A DNA stretch of 64,000 nt, from IMG/VR virus record IMGVR_UViG_3300042731_004976, positions 1-64,000 of that record. One strand, given 5' to 3'. Source of the stretch: a virus. This document shows, one piece after another, positions 1 to 10,397 of the stretch. Position numbers and translations under genes: made by a program. The notes beneath the pieces were generated by a model that had not been told where the DNA came from, did not search any database, and was given only the letters and a program-made list of their open reading frames with translations. The number at the start of each line of letters is the position of its first letter. Position 1 is the stretch's first letter.

Positions 1-356
1 CCCTGCCCTGCAAGAAGTGCGGAAAGCCCGTAGGAGAAGACGCTGTGCGCTCCTTGGAGCATCTGCGCAAGCTGCGGGGAGAGGACAGGGCTGCGCAGCC
101 GAAGGTCTGTCTTCCGTGCCTGTGGAACACTCTCAGCAGCATGGCCGACGAGGACGAGAACGATGAGCAGCCATCCTAACCATAGACGTGAACACGACCG
201 TGTGCAGGAACGAGGTCCTCGTTACGAGAGCCCAGATCCGTCTGCTGGGTGCAACTCGACGCATGTAGCCCGAGCCCGTGCGGGTTGGAGGAAGATCAAC
301 CGCCGCAAACGTCGTCGTGAGGAGAACGATCTCACTGACGTGTCCGAGAGCTGAAC

Positions 357-641
357 ATGGGGGTTTCGCTCACCCCCATCATCTTCGTGCTGGCTCTCTC
401 GTTGCTAGTGGGTGCGGTGTACACCTCCGTCCTCCTATCGCGCATGGAGCGCGACTTCCGAAAGGTCTGTTGTCTCCTGTTCGAAGCGCGCATCCGAGCT
501 TCCGAAGGTTCAGAGAACGACAAGAACACGCGCATCGTGCGCATGAGGAAGGCCGTCGAGTCTCTGAACATCCCGGAGCTGACGCTCGTCGCGTTGAAGA
601 AGCTACCGAAGGGCGTTCCGTATGAGGAAGAAGCAGCGTAA
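357..641 (+). CDS. small membrane protein
   Basis: N-terminal hydrophobic helix; overlaps next ORF. Confidence 0.6.
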   Translation: MGVSLTPIIFVLALSLLVGAVYTSVLLSRMERDFRKVCCLLFEARIRASEGSENDKNTRIVRMRKAVESLNIPELTLVALKKLPKGVPYEEEAA

Positions 642-1008
642 GAACGAGATCCGGCTATTCGTTTGGGAGCTGGAGTCGATGCCTGAGTACTCGTCGAGTC
701 TTCCTACGGGTCAAGTGCTCTTCAAGATGTGGAGGAGGGCCATCCAAGATCTTCGTACGAGGGCAGTCGTGGCCTGGCAGGCGGGTCAATACGTTCCTTG
801 TCGCATTCCGGGGAACGTTGGGATCCGCTGGTTCGATGTCGTTCTTCGAGCAGGTCCAAAGCCACCCGCGTGGGAGGCTCCTGATTGGAACAACAGAGCG
901 AGATACCAGCGCGAGGGCTTCTACAAGAACCCGTGCGTATGCGGGAACGAAGATCTGGTGGGAGAGCCTCCGAAGTGTCGCCAATGCGGGCGTCGGTATG
1001 CAGTGTGA
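622..1008 (+). CDS. hypothetical protein with C-terminal Zn-ribbon
   Basis: CxC...CxxC at C-terminus; tiles with neighbours. Confidence 0.6.
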   Translation: MRKKQRKNEIRLFVWELESMPEYSSSLPTGQVLFKMWRRAIQDLRTRAVVAWQAGQYVPCRIPGNVGIRWFDVVLRAGPKPPAWEAPDWNNRARYQREGFYKNPCVCGNEDLVGEPPKCRQCGRRYAV

Positions 1009-1037
1009 GCATGGTTGGAAGAACGAAGGAGACAAGA

Positions 1038-1343
1038 ATGATCCCGATCGGAAAGTGGACGTACAAGGATGTGTGCGGGAACGAGTGGGAAGAGATTCCT
1101 CACGCGGCTTCGAGCATAGGAGTCGTTGCGTGGGAGACGACAGATCCAGATCGTTACTTGGAGTGCGAGATACTGAAGCCGAAGATCTCCTACGACGAAG
1201 AAATGATCTCGTTTCACACGACTGACGACATTCCCCTCGACGCTCTCTTTGCAGTTACTCGACGCGCGCTGGAAGTGCTGGAAGCTGACGAACGCTACGG
1301 CCCGAAGTACGTCAAGTGGCTTCGGGAGAAGCTCTCGATATGA
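1038..1343 (+). CDS. hypothetical protein
   Basis: AAGGAG SD before ATG 1038; ATGA overlap with next gene. Confidence 0.6.
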   Translation: MIPIGKWTYKDVCGNEWEEIPHAASSIGVVAWETTDPDRYLECEILKPKISYDEEMISFHTTDDIPLDALFAVTRRALEVLEADERYGPKYVKWLREKLSI

Positions 1344-1642
1344 TCCACCTTCTTGTAGGCGGGCGAGTCGCGCAGCCCTGCATGAGCGTTCACGGCCTGC
1401 CCGAAACTTGGCCTTCAGGCCACCAGTGGGTCTCTCTTGCCGACTACGAGCAGGTCACCTGCGACTCCTGCAAGAACGATCCTGATTGGCGTGTCTACAA
1501 CTTCGTCGACACGGCGATCCGAGCGTTGGGCAAGAGCGCTTCTGCCAAAGAGCTTCTGCATCATGTGATGCAGCATCTGTCGCACGGGAGCGTGAACCCG
1601 AGAAATGTTCAGCAGCGCCTGAGAGAGCTGGGGTATGTCTGA
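1340..1642 (+). CDS. hypothetical protein
   Basis: ATGA coupling; CxxC. Confidence 0.55.
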   Translation: MIHLLVGGRVAQPCMSVHGLPETWPSGHQWVSLADYEQVTCDSCKNDPDWRVYNFVDTAIRALGKSASAKELLHHVMQHLSHGSVNPRNVQQRLRELGYV

Positions 1643-1946
1643 TCGCTTCTGGCGCTGGGTGCTGAGTCTCTTGGGTCGTACTCAGAAGTGGATCTACACG
1701 ACACGCTTGAAGCGTCATGTCTGGAAGTCCTTCAACGATACCGTGACTCCGCTCGATGAGTTGGACGACGACCACCTGGCCAACATCCTCCGCAAGCTGA
1801 TTCGGGAAGGTCACGCTTTGGAAGAGCCCCTGTTTCCTTTTCTCCTGGCGGAAGCGCGATCTCGTGAGAGGCCCAACCATCGCTTGAAGAAAGCCCTCCT
1901 GTTCGCGAAGCACACCGAAGAGTACAATCCCCGGTCCCATGCCTGA
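1635..1946 (+). CDS. hypothetical protein
   Basis: Overlapping tiling. Confidence 0.55.
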   Translation: MSDRFWRWVLSLLGRTQKWIYTTRLKRHVWKSFNDTVTPLDELDDDHLANILRKLIREGHALEEPLFPFLLAEARSRERPNHRLKKALLFAKHTEEYNPRSHA

Positions 1947-2211
1947 TCCAGTCCTGTTCGAGAAGAAGCCTTGGCCTTCGCTTCCGAAGGACATCAACGC
2001 GATGTACGTCATCTACGACGACAAGACGCGGGAGTACCCGGGCTATTTCGTCCTGCGCCGCTGGTTCCTGTACGGACGGCAGGAGCTAGCTGAAATACTT
2101 CCCCGTCTCGGATATTCGTTGGAAGACATCCGCGAACACCTACCTCCCGGGAAAGTGCGCCTGGAGCGAGACATCGAGGACAACCCTTCGATAGTCGAGA
2201 TTTGGGTGTGA
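1939..2211 (+). CDS. hypothetical protein
   Basis: Overlapping tiling. Confidence 0.6.
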   Translation: MPDPVLFEKKPWPSLPKDINAMYVIYDDKTREYPGYFVLRRWFLYGRQELAEILPRLGYSLEDIREHLPPGKVRLERDIEDNPSIVEIWV

Positions 2212-2213
2212 CG

Positions 2214-2242
2214 TTGACAATGCCTATCCTTTAGGATAGCGT
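2214..2242 (+). promoter_or_regulatory. sigma70-like promoter
   Basis: TTGACA-17-TAGCGT; ATG 7 nt downstream. Confidence 0.7.
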
Positions 2243-2249
2243 TGTGTGT

Positions 2250-2756
2250 ATGGCTTCTCGTTCCGAGCATGTATCTCCGTTCGACCTGCTCGACCTTCGA
2301 CACATCACCCGCGACTCTTCTAGAGCGGTTTGTCGTGTCCGCATTCAGGCTTCGGACTATCACGACTACGAGTGGATCGTATGCGGCGTTGCCAACCTTC
2401 AGATGGAGAAGCACTTCTGTCGTCTGACCGCGAGAACGAACGCAGGCATCACCGACTTCGAACACGACAGCGCCTATGCGTTGAGCCTTCCTCTAGTAGG
2501 CGTGGAGTTCGAGTTCACGATGAACCATCACAGCCAATTCCGTGCCTGGGTCCGACCGGACGATCTGAGCGACTTCAACGTTCCTCCTCCTGGATATGAT
2601 CCAACGAAGGACGAGAAAGCGGAGAAGTGTAAGCGCTGCAAACCCCGTCACTGGATCGTTCCTGCTTTCGTTCCCCCTCCGAACGGAAAGCTGTTCGACA
2701 AGGTGCGGGGGCGCAAGGTTCAGATCTCCTTTGGGCCCGTGTTCTCGGAGGAGTGA
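2250..2756 (+). CDS. hypothetical protein
   Basis: ORF directly after promoter. Confidence 0.65.
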   Translation: MASRSEHVSPFDLLDLRHITRDSSRAVCRVRIQASDYHDYEWIVCGVANLQMEKHFCRLTARTNAGITDFEHDSAYALSLPLVGVEFEFTMNHHSQFRAWVRPDDLSDFNVPPPGYDPTKDEKAEKCKRCKPRHWIVPAFVPPPNGKLFDKVRGRKVQISFGPVFSEE

Positions 2757-3154
2757 TGGCGTCCGGGCGTAGCTTGGACCTTGTGCTGGTCGTGGAGGTG
2801 ACTCCTTGGGAGCCTCTCGAACCGGACGAGGAAGATGAATGCGAGGGGGAACCCCACTTCGATGCGGAGATAGTCAACATCTCTCCCCGAGGTTTGCACG
2901 AGCACCCCCGGTACGAAAACAGATCGTGCTTCTACTGCGAAGAAGATGTCGACTCTCTCAGTACGCGCTACGTGTGCGACGGTTGCTGGCTTGAGCAGCA
3001 CCTGTCCGATCTCGGTTTGGAGACCTTCATCCAGGACTACGATCTTGACGATGGTTCCGGTGTGCTGGTCGTTGAGGGATTCGTGCAGTGGTGGCGAGAC
3101 TACTTCGGCGAGTACGACGAGGAGTTCCACATTACGAGGAGCCACTGGCTGTGA
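2753..3154 (+). CDS. acidic hypothetical protein with CxxC pairs
   Basis: GTGA overlap, GGAGG SD. Confidence 0.6.
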   Translation: MMASGRSLDLVLVVEVTPWEPLEPDEEDECEGEPHFDAEIVNISPRGLHEHPRYENRSCFYCEEDVDSLSTRYVCDGCWLEQHLSDLGLETFIQDYDLDDGSGVLVVEGFVQWWRDYFGEYDEEFHITRSHWL

Positions 3155-3453
3155 CACACGAAGTACGAGAAATGGATCTACCCTCAGGACCCTCGACCCT
3201 GAAGCTCATCCTACTGATCCTTATGTCTGACTTCTGCTTCCGTCAGTACACTCGTCAGACCTACGATATGGAGTCGTACTCCTATCGGATCTGGCGCTGG
3301 TGCCACCACACGGAGAGCTACAAGTCGTACAAGCGCTACCTCGTCGAGGACAAGGTTCGCGCGAAGCATTGGCGCTACCTGTTCCGGTTGAAAAATCTTC
3401 CCTGATCTGTCAGATCTGGCGTTCCTCCTGCGTCCTCCTCTTAGATCGGGTTC

Positions 3454-3482
3454 TTGACAATCCGAAAAGAAGATGGTACTGC
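3454..3482 (+). promoter_or_regulatory. sigma70-like promoter
   Basis: TTGACA-17-TACTGC. Confidence 0.55.
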
Positions 3483-3491
3483 ATGAGGAAG

Positions 3492-4772
3492 ATGACAACG
3501 CCTGCTCCTTGGGTTCCCGTAGACCGCTCGGGGAAATCCCAGGCGCCCTTGCTGAACGAAGAGGGACACGATACCGACGAAGGTTCTGGAGATCTCCGGC
3601 ACCGATTCGGTAGGGCTATGATCGATTACGCTAAGGAAGTGCGCGTGAAGAAGGATCCTAAAGCCGAAGTACTCGAAGCGCAGCGCGCTGCTCGCGAGTT
3701 AGTAGCCTTTCGAGAAGGTACTCTGGAGAAGCTCATCACCGGATTGGGTGTGGACGTTCCGTGGATTGGTGAACCCTCGATGCTCGCGATGCTGGGAAAA
3801 CGTAACTACGAGCACAGCCTTCAGAAGGACCCAGATCTCACAGATATCGACGTAGCGCGTGTTCTGATGCATGAGGCTTCGGAACGAGGGGACGACATCG
3901 AAGCAGCCTCGCTTCTTCTGCCCCCCTTCCAGCTCCGAGCTTGCTGGTCTGCGCGTTGGTACCAACAGGCCAAGCCTCGCATAGTTTGGGAACCGCCCGC
4001 CTACGCTGAACAGCTCATGGTCTCTCCCCCTCATCGAGACGTGCTGGAGTACGTGCGGTCTCCGTGGGATGCCTTTCTCTTGGATCTCCCTAGGGACCTG
4101 CTCTACTCCGACAGCCCGAAGAACGGAGAGCGCTGCGAGCTGACCCACGTGCTCGTGCACAATCACGAGAACACAGAGGGGGCGCGCGTTTGGCACTTCA
4201 TGGCTCACGGACCGGGAGGAGTGGAGCTGTGGAGACACGGCGTCAGCACAGATCAACTGGTGCACCCGGAGAAAGACACGTTCTCCGAGCTGTACGCAGG
4301 AAGCATTGCCAACGAAGACGAGTTGACGCTCCAGTACATCGGAAACCTCATCGTGGGGACTTGCTTGACGCTCAGCGATCCCACCAAGTTTCGGGTGGCC
4401 AAGAACACTAAGGCGCGCCGTCGAGGGATTCGAGGAGAGAAGTCCAAGAAGACCAAGACGGTTCCCGCCACGAGGAACTTCGTTGTCGGTGTTCCTGTGA
4501 AGGTTCGCATTCGGGGAGCCATCGAAGAGAGCTACGAGTTGGTTCGGAACCATAAGCGTCGTGGGAAGATCAAGGCGCTACGCTTGGCCTCGTTCGTAGC
4601 AGGCCACTGGAAGAATCAGGCGTACGGTCCGAAGCACTCGCTTCGACGCCCGCAGCATGTCGAGGGATATTGGAGGAACCTCGACAAGGACAACCCGATC
4701 GTTGTCCGGGATCATCTCGTGATGAAGAAGGAGGAGACGTGGGAGACCTCGAAGAAACCGTCGGGAAGCTGA
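3492..4772 (+). CDS. phage hypothetical protein
   Basis: Long ORF; basic C-terminal VAGHWKNQAYGP...GYWR motif; start chosen from promoter position. Confidence 0.75.
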   Translation: MTTPAPWVPVDRSGKSQAPLLNEEGHDTDEGSGDLRHRFGRAMIDYAKEVRVKKDPKAEVLEAQRAARELVAFREGTLEKLITGLGVDVPWIGEPSMLAMLGKRNYEHSLQKDPDLTDIDVARVLMHEASERGDDIEAASLLLPPFQLRACWSARWYQQAKPRIVWEPPAYAEQLMVSPPHRDVLEYVRSPWDAFLLDLPRDLLYSDSPKNGERCELTHVLVHNHENTEGARVWHFMAHGPGGVELWRHGVSTDQLVHPEKDTFSELYAGSIANEDELTLQYIGNLIVGTCLTLSDPTKFRVAKNTKARRRGIRGEKSKKTKTVPATRNFVVGVPVKVRIRGAIEESYELVRNHKRRGKIKALRLASFVAGHWKNQAYGPKHSLRRPQHVEGYWRNLDKDNPIVVRDHLVMKKEETWETSKKPSGS

Positions 4773-4930
4773 GAGCGATCCTGGAGGGAACAGGGGCACC
4801 CGTTGTGGGGGTGGCGGGGAACGGAGCCAGCAACACGATCTTCGTGTATCTGAGCTTCCCCTGGCCCGAAGTCCCCAAAAAAATTGGACCTTACAAGGTC
4901 TACACGGCCCTGCTGACAGTAGGCTCCTGA
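4739..4930 (+). CDS. small protein, putative head-targeting leader
   Basis: AGGAGG SD before GTG; leader DLEETVGKLRAILE. Confidence 0.5.
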   Translation: MGDLEETVGKLRAILEGTGAPVVGVAGNGASNTIFVYLSFPWPEVPKKIGPYKVYTALLTVGS

Positions 4931-4956
4931 CCAGGATCTCTGATAAGCTACCCGGC

Positions 4957-6045
4957 GTGGACATTCGAGAAACCGTCTCCCGCCTCCGTAAGGACCTCCT
5001 GGAGCTGAGCCCCGGAGAGTCCCCCGAGCAGCATCGTCGTCGCACAGGGCGCTGCCCACCGGGATTTCAGTGGAATGGTACCTCGTGCGGGGAGAAAGCA
5101 GCAGGAGGCGCTCCAGGAACAGAGCCCAAGCCGAAGCTGAAGCCGGGGGGAGGTCCGGCGAAGAAACCCCCACCTCTCCCAAAGTCGAAGCGCAAGGGAC
5201 CCGCGATCGGGAAGACCTACCAACCCCCGAGCGACAAGAAGAAACCAGCACCGGGCTATCGTGCCCCCGCGCCCAAGCCCTCAATCGGTCAGCGTGCCGG
5301 AGGTGCTTTGAAGGCCCTCAAGAACAAAGCCATGTCCATGCTCAGTGCGGCTAAGACAGACGCGAAGGCTGTAGCAAAGGCCGCTAAGGACTGGCATCCG
5401 AAGGTGAAGGCCAAGTTGCAGCGCATGCCCAACGAGACGAAAGCGTTCTTCACCGATCCGGAGTTTCGTCGAGCAGCTTCCCAGACCATGGGAGCGATGG
5501 CGAAACAGGGAGCAAAGAAGCTCGCTAAGCATGCGGTAAACGTTGCGAAGCACGAGGTCCACGAGTTCAAACACGCAGGCGAAGCTCTGAAAACTCTCGC
5601 GAAGACGCGATCCTTCAAGAAGCTCAGCAAAGATCACAAGAAGGCGCTCAGCACTGTCACGAAGCACATGGCGATCACAGCAGCGGCTTCAGCCGCTACT
5701 GCATCGGGACTCGGAATCCCGGCTGCTTTCGCGAAGGGCCTAGCTCGTCACTTTGCGGCGAAGATGGCCGGGCGGGTGTTCGAGAAGCTCCACCTTGGAG
5801 ACGAGATCAGTCACATCTCTCACTTGTTCCACGACGATCAAGGAGACGCCGAGATCGATAGCGCGATGACTCGGGTAGGTGAGTTGCTCGCCCAGGAGTT
5901 TTCCGAACTCGTGACCAGTATGGATCCTTCAGAACTCGAAGCTCTCATGAAGCAGATTCCTGAAGAAGCGCCAGCCGCTCCCAAGGCTGAGACGCGAAGC
6001 CGTCTAGAAAGCCTCGTGCAGGAAGCTCGATTGACAATCGGATAG
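4957..6045 (+). CDS. Lys/Pro-rich putative internal head protein
   Basis: Leader IRETVSRLRKDLLE; CPPGFQWNGTSC motif. Confidence 0.65.
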   Translation: MDIRETVSRLRKDLLELSPGESPEQHRRRTGRCPPGFQWNGTSCGEKAAGGAPGTEPKPKLKPGGGPAKKPPPLPKSKRKGPAIGKTYQPPSDKKKPAPGYRAPAPKPSIGQRAGGALKALKNKAMSMLSAAKTDAKAVAKAAKDWHPKVKAKLQRMPNETKAFFTDPEFRRAASQTMGAMAKQGAKKLAKHAVNVAKHEVHEFKHAGEALKTLAKTRSFKKLSKDHKKALSTVTKHMAITAAASAATASGLGIPAAFAKGLARHFAAKMAGRVFEKLHLGDEISHISHLFHDDQGDAEIDSAMTRVGELLAQEFSELVTSMDPSELEALMKQIPEEAPAAPKAETRSRLESLVQEARLTIG

Positions 6046-6059
6046 TCATAGGGTAGCCT
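6031..6059 (+). promoter_or_regulatory. sigma70-like promoter
   Basis: TTGACA-17-TAGCCT. Confidence 0.65.
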
Positions 6060-6070
6060 CACGGTTCTCC

Positions 6071-6349
6071 GTGACTTCTGACCCATACGCGCACGTCTGT
6101 GGTGGACGCTGGGAACCCTTCGGTACTGGAGGTGCTCGGTACCGTTGTACGCAGTGCTGTGTGATTGGACTCAAGCGTCGGGTCATCGAGGAAAAGGGGA
6201 CGAACCTGATCGATCCGTACAAGTGTGGCGAGACGAACCGTGTTCGAGAAGGAGGCGATGGGTCGCGATGCTCCAAGCCTGCGGTTGCCAAGAACAATCG
6301 GACGTGGATGTGTCACGAGCACAATCGGAGGTACAAGGGGACATCATGA
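6071..6349 (+). CDS. Cys-rich small protein
   Basis: Multiple Cys/His motifs; follows promoter. Confidence 0.55.
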   Translation: MTSDPYAHVCGGRWEPFGTGGARYRCTQCCVIGLKRRVIEEKGTNLIDPYKCGETNRVREGGDGSRCSKPAVAKNNRTWMCHEHNRRYKGTS

Positions 6350-6623
6350 GATTCCTTTCCCCGCCCCCTCAAGGTTTGGATCTCCGTGAAGCTACTTCGG
6401 AGGAGAAGGCTGCTTTGCAGAGGATCGTATCTTCAGCCAAGGACGAAGTCCTCTGGCGCGGAGAAGACGCCTTGTCTGCATACGCCGACGCTCTTCAAGG
6501 AAAAGTGCTGGAGTTCCTAGGAGACTGCTGGGCAGAGATGCACGGAAACGGGCTCACCGTGATCTTCACTCGCAAGCAACCCGAACCCGACGGCGTTCAC
6601 GTCTGGTACCCACTGAGCCTCTG

Positions 6624-6788
6624 ATGCCCTCCGAAGATGACATCGCCGAGGAGTTCCAGGAGCAGAGGAAGCTCTTCCGCCCACTCGAAAACAGCAATGC
6701 GAGCATAGACAAGAACGTAGGTTGTATCGGTGGCCTCCTCGTGCTGATGTGGGTCACGCTCCTCGTGATCCTATGGAGGGTTTGGTGA
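6624..6788 (+). CDS. 54-aa protein with C-terminal TM helix (below ORF-track cutoff)
   Basis: TGATG coupling at both ends. Confidence 0.55.
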   Translation: MPSEDDIAEEFQEQRKLFRPLENSNASIDKNVGCIGGLLVLMWVTLLVILWRVW

Positions 6789-7231
6789 TGGCTACGATAG
6801 AACAGCTAGAGAAGGAACTCGCACGATCTCAGCAACGGGTCGAAGACTTGCGAAACGTAGGAAAGGCGATCCGAGGTAATCCAGACGCACGAGCTGCTGC
6901 GGAAGCTCTCGAAGCTCGAATCGCGTCCCTGGCGGTGGAGGTAGAGACGGCGGAGAAGAAGATCGTCGAACTGGAAGCTCAGGTCCGGTCCAAGGAAGTG
7001 GAGAGGATCCACGCCGAAGTCACGACGGAGACTTCCGCAGCGCAGAATGTTCAGGAAGTTCTGAACACGTTCGAGGCTCTTCGCGCAAAAGCGCTAGCGA
7101 CTACTGCGGCGACTTCTTCTGGGAAGCGCAGTCTACTGGACATCGAGATTCGAACATGGGCACACCCGTTCGTCGGACGAGCCTTCGACGATTTGAAGAA
7201 GAAGATCGAAGAGGCTCTTGGAGAAACGTGA
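6788..7231 (+). CDS. coiled-coil protein
   Basis: Heptad-rich; GGAGG SD. Confidence 0.65.
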   Translation: MATIEQLEKELARSQQRVEDLRNVGKAIRGNPDARAAAEALEARIASLAVEVETAEKKIVELEAQVRSKEVERIHAEVTTETSAAQNVQEVLNTFEALRAKALATTAATSSGKRSLLDIEIRTWAHPFVGRAFDDLKKKIEEALGET

Positions 7232-7647
7232 TGGCGCGTGATTGGACAGTATTCGTTTTCGTCGGGTCCTACCCTTTCAAGAGGGGTCAGACGCCTCCCG
7301 AACACCTAATCGTGTTCGTGGACGACTCTTACACAAAGGCTCGGGAGCGGTACCACGAGGAGAAAGGTGCGTATCCCGAAGCGCACGGCATGATGAATTT
7401 CGAGGGCTCCTCCAAACAAAAAGCGTGGGACGTGGCTTGCAGATCAGGCTTCGTTGGAACGTACGAGCCCCGAGACCACGACGCTGAGCACGTTGGCCAG
7501 AAGAAGCAGACGCTGGTGATCGCCTTCAAGCAGAGCAAGCCCGCAGTCGATGGTTTGTTCTGCCAGGGGCCTTGCAACACGTACTGCACCTACGTGGAGC
7601 CCAATCAACCCGACGGAGGCTACATCTGCCCCGACTGCCGACCCTAG
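7231..7647 (+). CDS. hypothetical protein with C-terminal Zn-finger
   Basis: TGATG coupling; CxxxC...CxxC. Confidence 0.6.
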   Translation: MARDWTVFVFVGSYPFKRGQTPPEHLIVFVDDSYTKARERYHEEKGAYPEAHGMMNFEGSSKQKAWDVACRSGFVGTYEPRDHDAEHVGQKKQTLVIAFKQSKPAVDGLFCQGPCNTYCTYVEPNQPDGGYICPDCRP

Positions 7648-7755
7648 ATGGGGAAGAAGGCGTCCTAGACAGCTTCTAGGACGTGTACTACATTTGCTGA
7701 TACGGACGAAGGTTCAACCTCGCGGTGTTCCCGCGATCATAAAACGGACGAAGGA

Positions 7756-8505
7756 ATGAGCATGCACTCCCAAGGAGGCGCAAGCATGGGACTAAAGTCT
7801 GGAGAGGATCCACGGCTAGTTCTTCCTCGTCACGCGGAACGCGGAGCTATCGAACTCACGTACACTTTGGAGGACATCGCCGCTGCTGCGGGGGTGAACT
7901 ACCAGTCCGTTCGAAAGGCGATCAGCACAGAGCGCCTAGACCCCTCCGACTTGCGTTCGATCTCCGGATACATCGCCACGGCATTGATTCGAAAGAGCAA
8001 GCCGGTATTGAGCGCCGAAGTTCATGGGATCCTTCCGGCACAGCAGCAGGCTTGGTGGCCCGATCGCTGGCCGAAGTTCCAGCTCTACCGCTGTTCCCAC
8101 CCAGGATGCTCGGAGATCTTGTTCGGCCCCGGAGTGTGTGCCGAGCATGGAGGCGATCGGCGTCCTCAGATTCGTTTCGATCCTGATTGGCACATTCAGA
8201 TTCTGCTGGAGAAGGACTACGTTCCCCTGCATCGTCTCATTGCGCAAACGCCCAAGGGATTCCACACGCATCATCGTGATGGCAACCCGTGGAACAACCG
8301 TTGGGAGAACGTGGAGGCTCTCCCTCCGAAGGAGCACGAGAAACGACACCTAGGAGGAATTCTCTCCGCAGAGGTACTTCCCGACCAACCTCCTCGCACG
8401 CCTTTGCGCTCCGAGGTCGGTGGCATGACTAAAGCAGAGCTACAGGCCATCAAGGATACGGCCTACCTCAAAGGGTTGGCGGACGGAAAGGCACGTTCCT
8501 CGTGA
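7756..8505 (+). CDS. HTH + Zn-finger + HNH endonuclease-domain protein
   Basis: TLEDIAAAAGVNYQSVRK HTH; HHRDGNPWNNRWENVE..H HNH motif. Confidence 0.75.
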   Translation: MSMHSQGGASMGLKSGEDPRLVLPRHAERGAIELTYTLEDIAAAAGVNYQSVRKAISTERLDPSDLRSISGYIATALIRKSKPVLSAEVHGILPAQQQAWWPDRWPKFQLYRCSHPGCSEILFGPGVCAEHGGDRRPQIRFDPDWHIQILLEKDYVPLHRLIAQTPKGFHTHHRDGNPWNNRWENVEALPPKEHEKRHLGGILSAEVLPDQPPRTPLRSEVGGMTKAELQAIKDTAYLKGLADGKARSS

Positions 8506-8661
8506 TTCCCCCCATCCTCTTCAACGTGAGTTGGAAAGCAGTCCCCTGGGAACACAAGACTGCTATCTTTCGGGCCACTGTCGAAGCACATGTAGCTCTC
8601 AACAAGTTTCGCCTCGTGTAGTGCACGAGAGATCAAATACAACGGACGAAGGAGCAAGCAA

Positions 8662-9600
8662 ATGCAATACGGATTCAAAGGTGACGTGAACTACACGGTA
8701 CGTCTTCGTGGCCACAAGGATAGTGGTTGGAAGGGTCGAGAAGACCTTCGAGGTACGGTGCGCTTCACGGGACCTCCACAGAAGCCCACCTACGTGAATT
8801 TCTCGAACCTCCCGTATCTGTTCGAACGGTTCGGTGCAGCAGTGACCCTGTTGGACATGAGCTTCGACCCTTCCGATATGAGCTTCTCGCTCACGCTGGC
8901 CTCTGGAGACGTCATTCACCTACAGCTTCATCGAAAAGACCAGCACCTCCTGGCGCGGGTGGAGGAGGGTCTGTTGGTAGGCAAGGTCACGGGAAAGTCC
9001 AAGTCGAAGCCCAAGAAGGGATTCACGAAGACCGCTGCTGATGTAGGGTCGGCAGCCAAGGCGGCTGCTGCCTACGTGATGGACATCCTCGGAAAGGGGA
9101 AGAAGAAGTTCCTCCCTTCGGGGGAAGAGTTGGCCTACCTCTCCGCTCTGGAGGGAGGAATCCTCCAATCGGACCTCGACTCGGATCGACGTGCGTGCCT
9201 CATGGCTGCGGGTCTCATCCGATGCGCCGTTCGAAATCCAGGAGCAGCTGTCGCTTTCACTCCTCTACCCGCGTGGATGCCCCAAGCTGCGTATGTGAAG
9301 GCTCAGCTCATCGGACTTCTCGCCACTACGGGTTTGGGACGCTTCGCTACCTTCACCGAATGCGCTTTTCGTCTGGATCGCCCAACGGACGGTCCTGAGG
9401 TGTACGAGTTCGTCCGGCTGTCCGAGCAATGGCGTGCTCCGCTTCACTCGTTCAACCTGGACGCAGTGCCCTCTGGTGTCCTGCCCTCGGTAAACGGGGG
9501 CGAGGCTGATTGGGGAACCGCTCTTCGATCTGCGCTCGATCAGAAGGACGCCGAGAACGGTCAAGGTCCCACACCGCTCGACATGAGCACCCTTCAGTAG
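8662..9600 (+). CDS. hypothetical protein
   Basis: AAGGAG SD, 312 aa. Confidence 0.7.
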   Translation: MQYGFKGDVNYTVRLRGHKDSGWKGREDLRGTVRFTGPPQKPTYVNFSNLPYLFERFGAAVTLLDMSFDPSDMSFSLTLASGDVIHLQLHRKDQHLLARVEEGLLVGKVTGKSKSKPKKGFTKTAADVGSAAKAAAAYVMDILGKGKKKFLPSGEELAYLSALEGGILQSDLDSDRRACLMAAGLIRCAVRNPGAAVAFTPLPAWMPQAAYVKAQLIGLLATTGLGRFATFTECAFRLDRPTDGPEVYEFVRLSEQWRAPLHSFNLDAVPSGVLPSVNGGEADWGTALRSALDQKDAENGQGPTPLDMSTLQ

Positions 9601-9601
9601 G

Positions 9602-10003
9602 GTGGCTGAGCGCGAGTTCTCTCTTCGGGAGCTGGAGGCCCTAGCGTACCGGGCCGGGGTGGCGGGCATGCGGTTTGCGCATGCTTCCCCTTCCTTGGCT
9701 CGGGCGTATGGGCGTCTGGCGGAGGCTGCTGACGCCCTCCATGCCGTAGAGCTACGAGAACGGGGTCCTGAGGCTTCTTCAGAAGCCTCCGATGACGACC
9801 CCCCGGAAGACCTCGAACTCGGCTCAGGGGAGCCGTCAGAGGACAAGGACGGGGTTCCTGTTCCAGCGCACTTCAAGATACGTCCCAAGGGCGTGAAACG
9901 GACCTGCGGGGCGCCCGGGTGCGGCCTGCCTCAGTGGAAGAGCCCCGGAGGTTGGACTTGCGACAATGGCCATGGGGGTGCCCCGTCCCTGAAAGAGGAT
10001 TGA
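9602..10003 (+). CDS. hypothetical protein
   Basis: Tiling; C-terminal Cys/His motif. Confidence 0.55.
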   Translation: MAEREFSLRELEALAYRAGVAGMRFAHASPSLARAYGRLAEAADALHAVELRERGPEASSEASDDDPPEDLELGSGEPSEDKDGVPVPAHFKIRPKGVKRTCGAPGCGLPQWKSPGGWTCDNGHGGAPSLKED

Positions 10004-10007
10004 TAGG

Positions 10008-10397
10008 ATGTTCGATACAGTTTCCAACGACGGTCTACTCGTGGCTATCGAGTCCGAGCGCCTGCCTCCGTTGATGCGGACTCCCGAGGGGAAGGTGATC
10101 AGTCGGGAACCGGACGAGGAGAAGTTGGATGCATTGATCGAGGAGTGCGTTCGTCGCGGGATCTACCCAAAAGAGACTTGCCCTGGCAATCCCAACACCC
10201 TCCGTCAGATGGTTCGTGGATACGGCGCCCGGTGGTTCGAGTGGCGGACGGGGCACCTGAACTGCCCTGCCTGCTCCGCTGACCTTCGAGATCTAGAAGC
10301 AGGTCCTCCCTTCTTACGTCAGTGCGGGCGGGTCGAAAACGATCGAGTCGTGGCGTGGGAGTGCCCGGATTGCGGACACTCTTGGTCCGCCGGATAG
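10008..10397 (+). CDS. Zn-ribbon protein
   Basis: CPAC...CPDC. Confidence 0.6.
   Translation: MFDTVSNDGLLVAIESERLPPLMRTPEGKVISREPDEEKLDALIEECVRRGIYPKETCPGNPNTLRQMVRGYGARWFEWRTGHLNCPACSADLRDLEAGPPFLRQCGRVENDRVVAWECPDCGHSWSAG

Noticed and set aside
8502-8640. Multi-stem ncRNA candidate
   Set aside because: Also explained by a coupled 39-codon ORF (GTG 8502 to TAG 8621); the stems are short.
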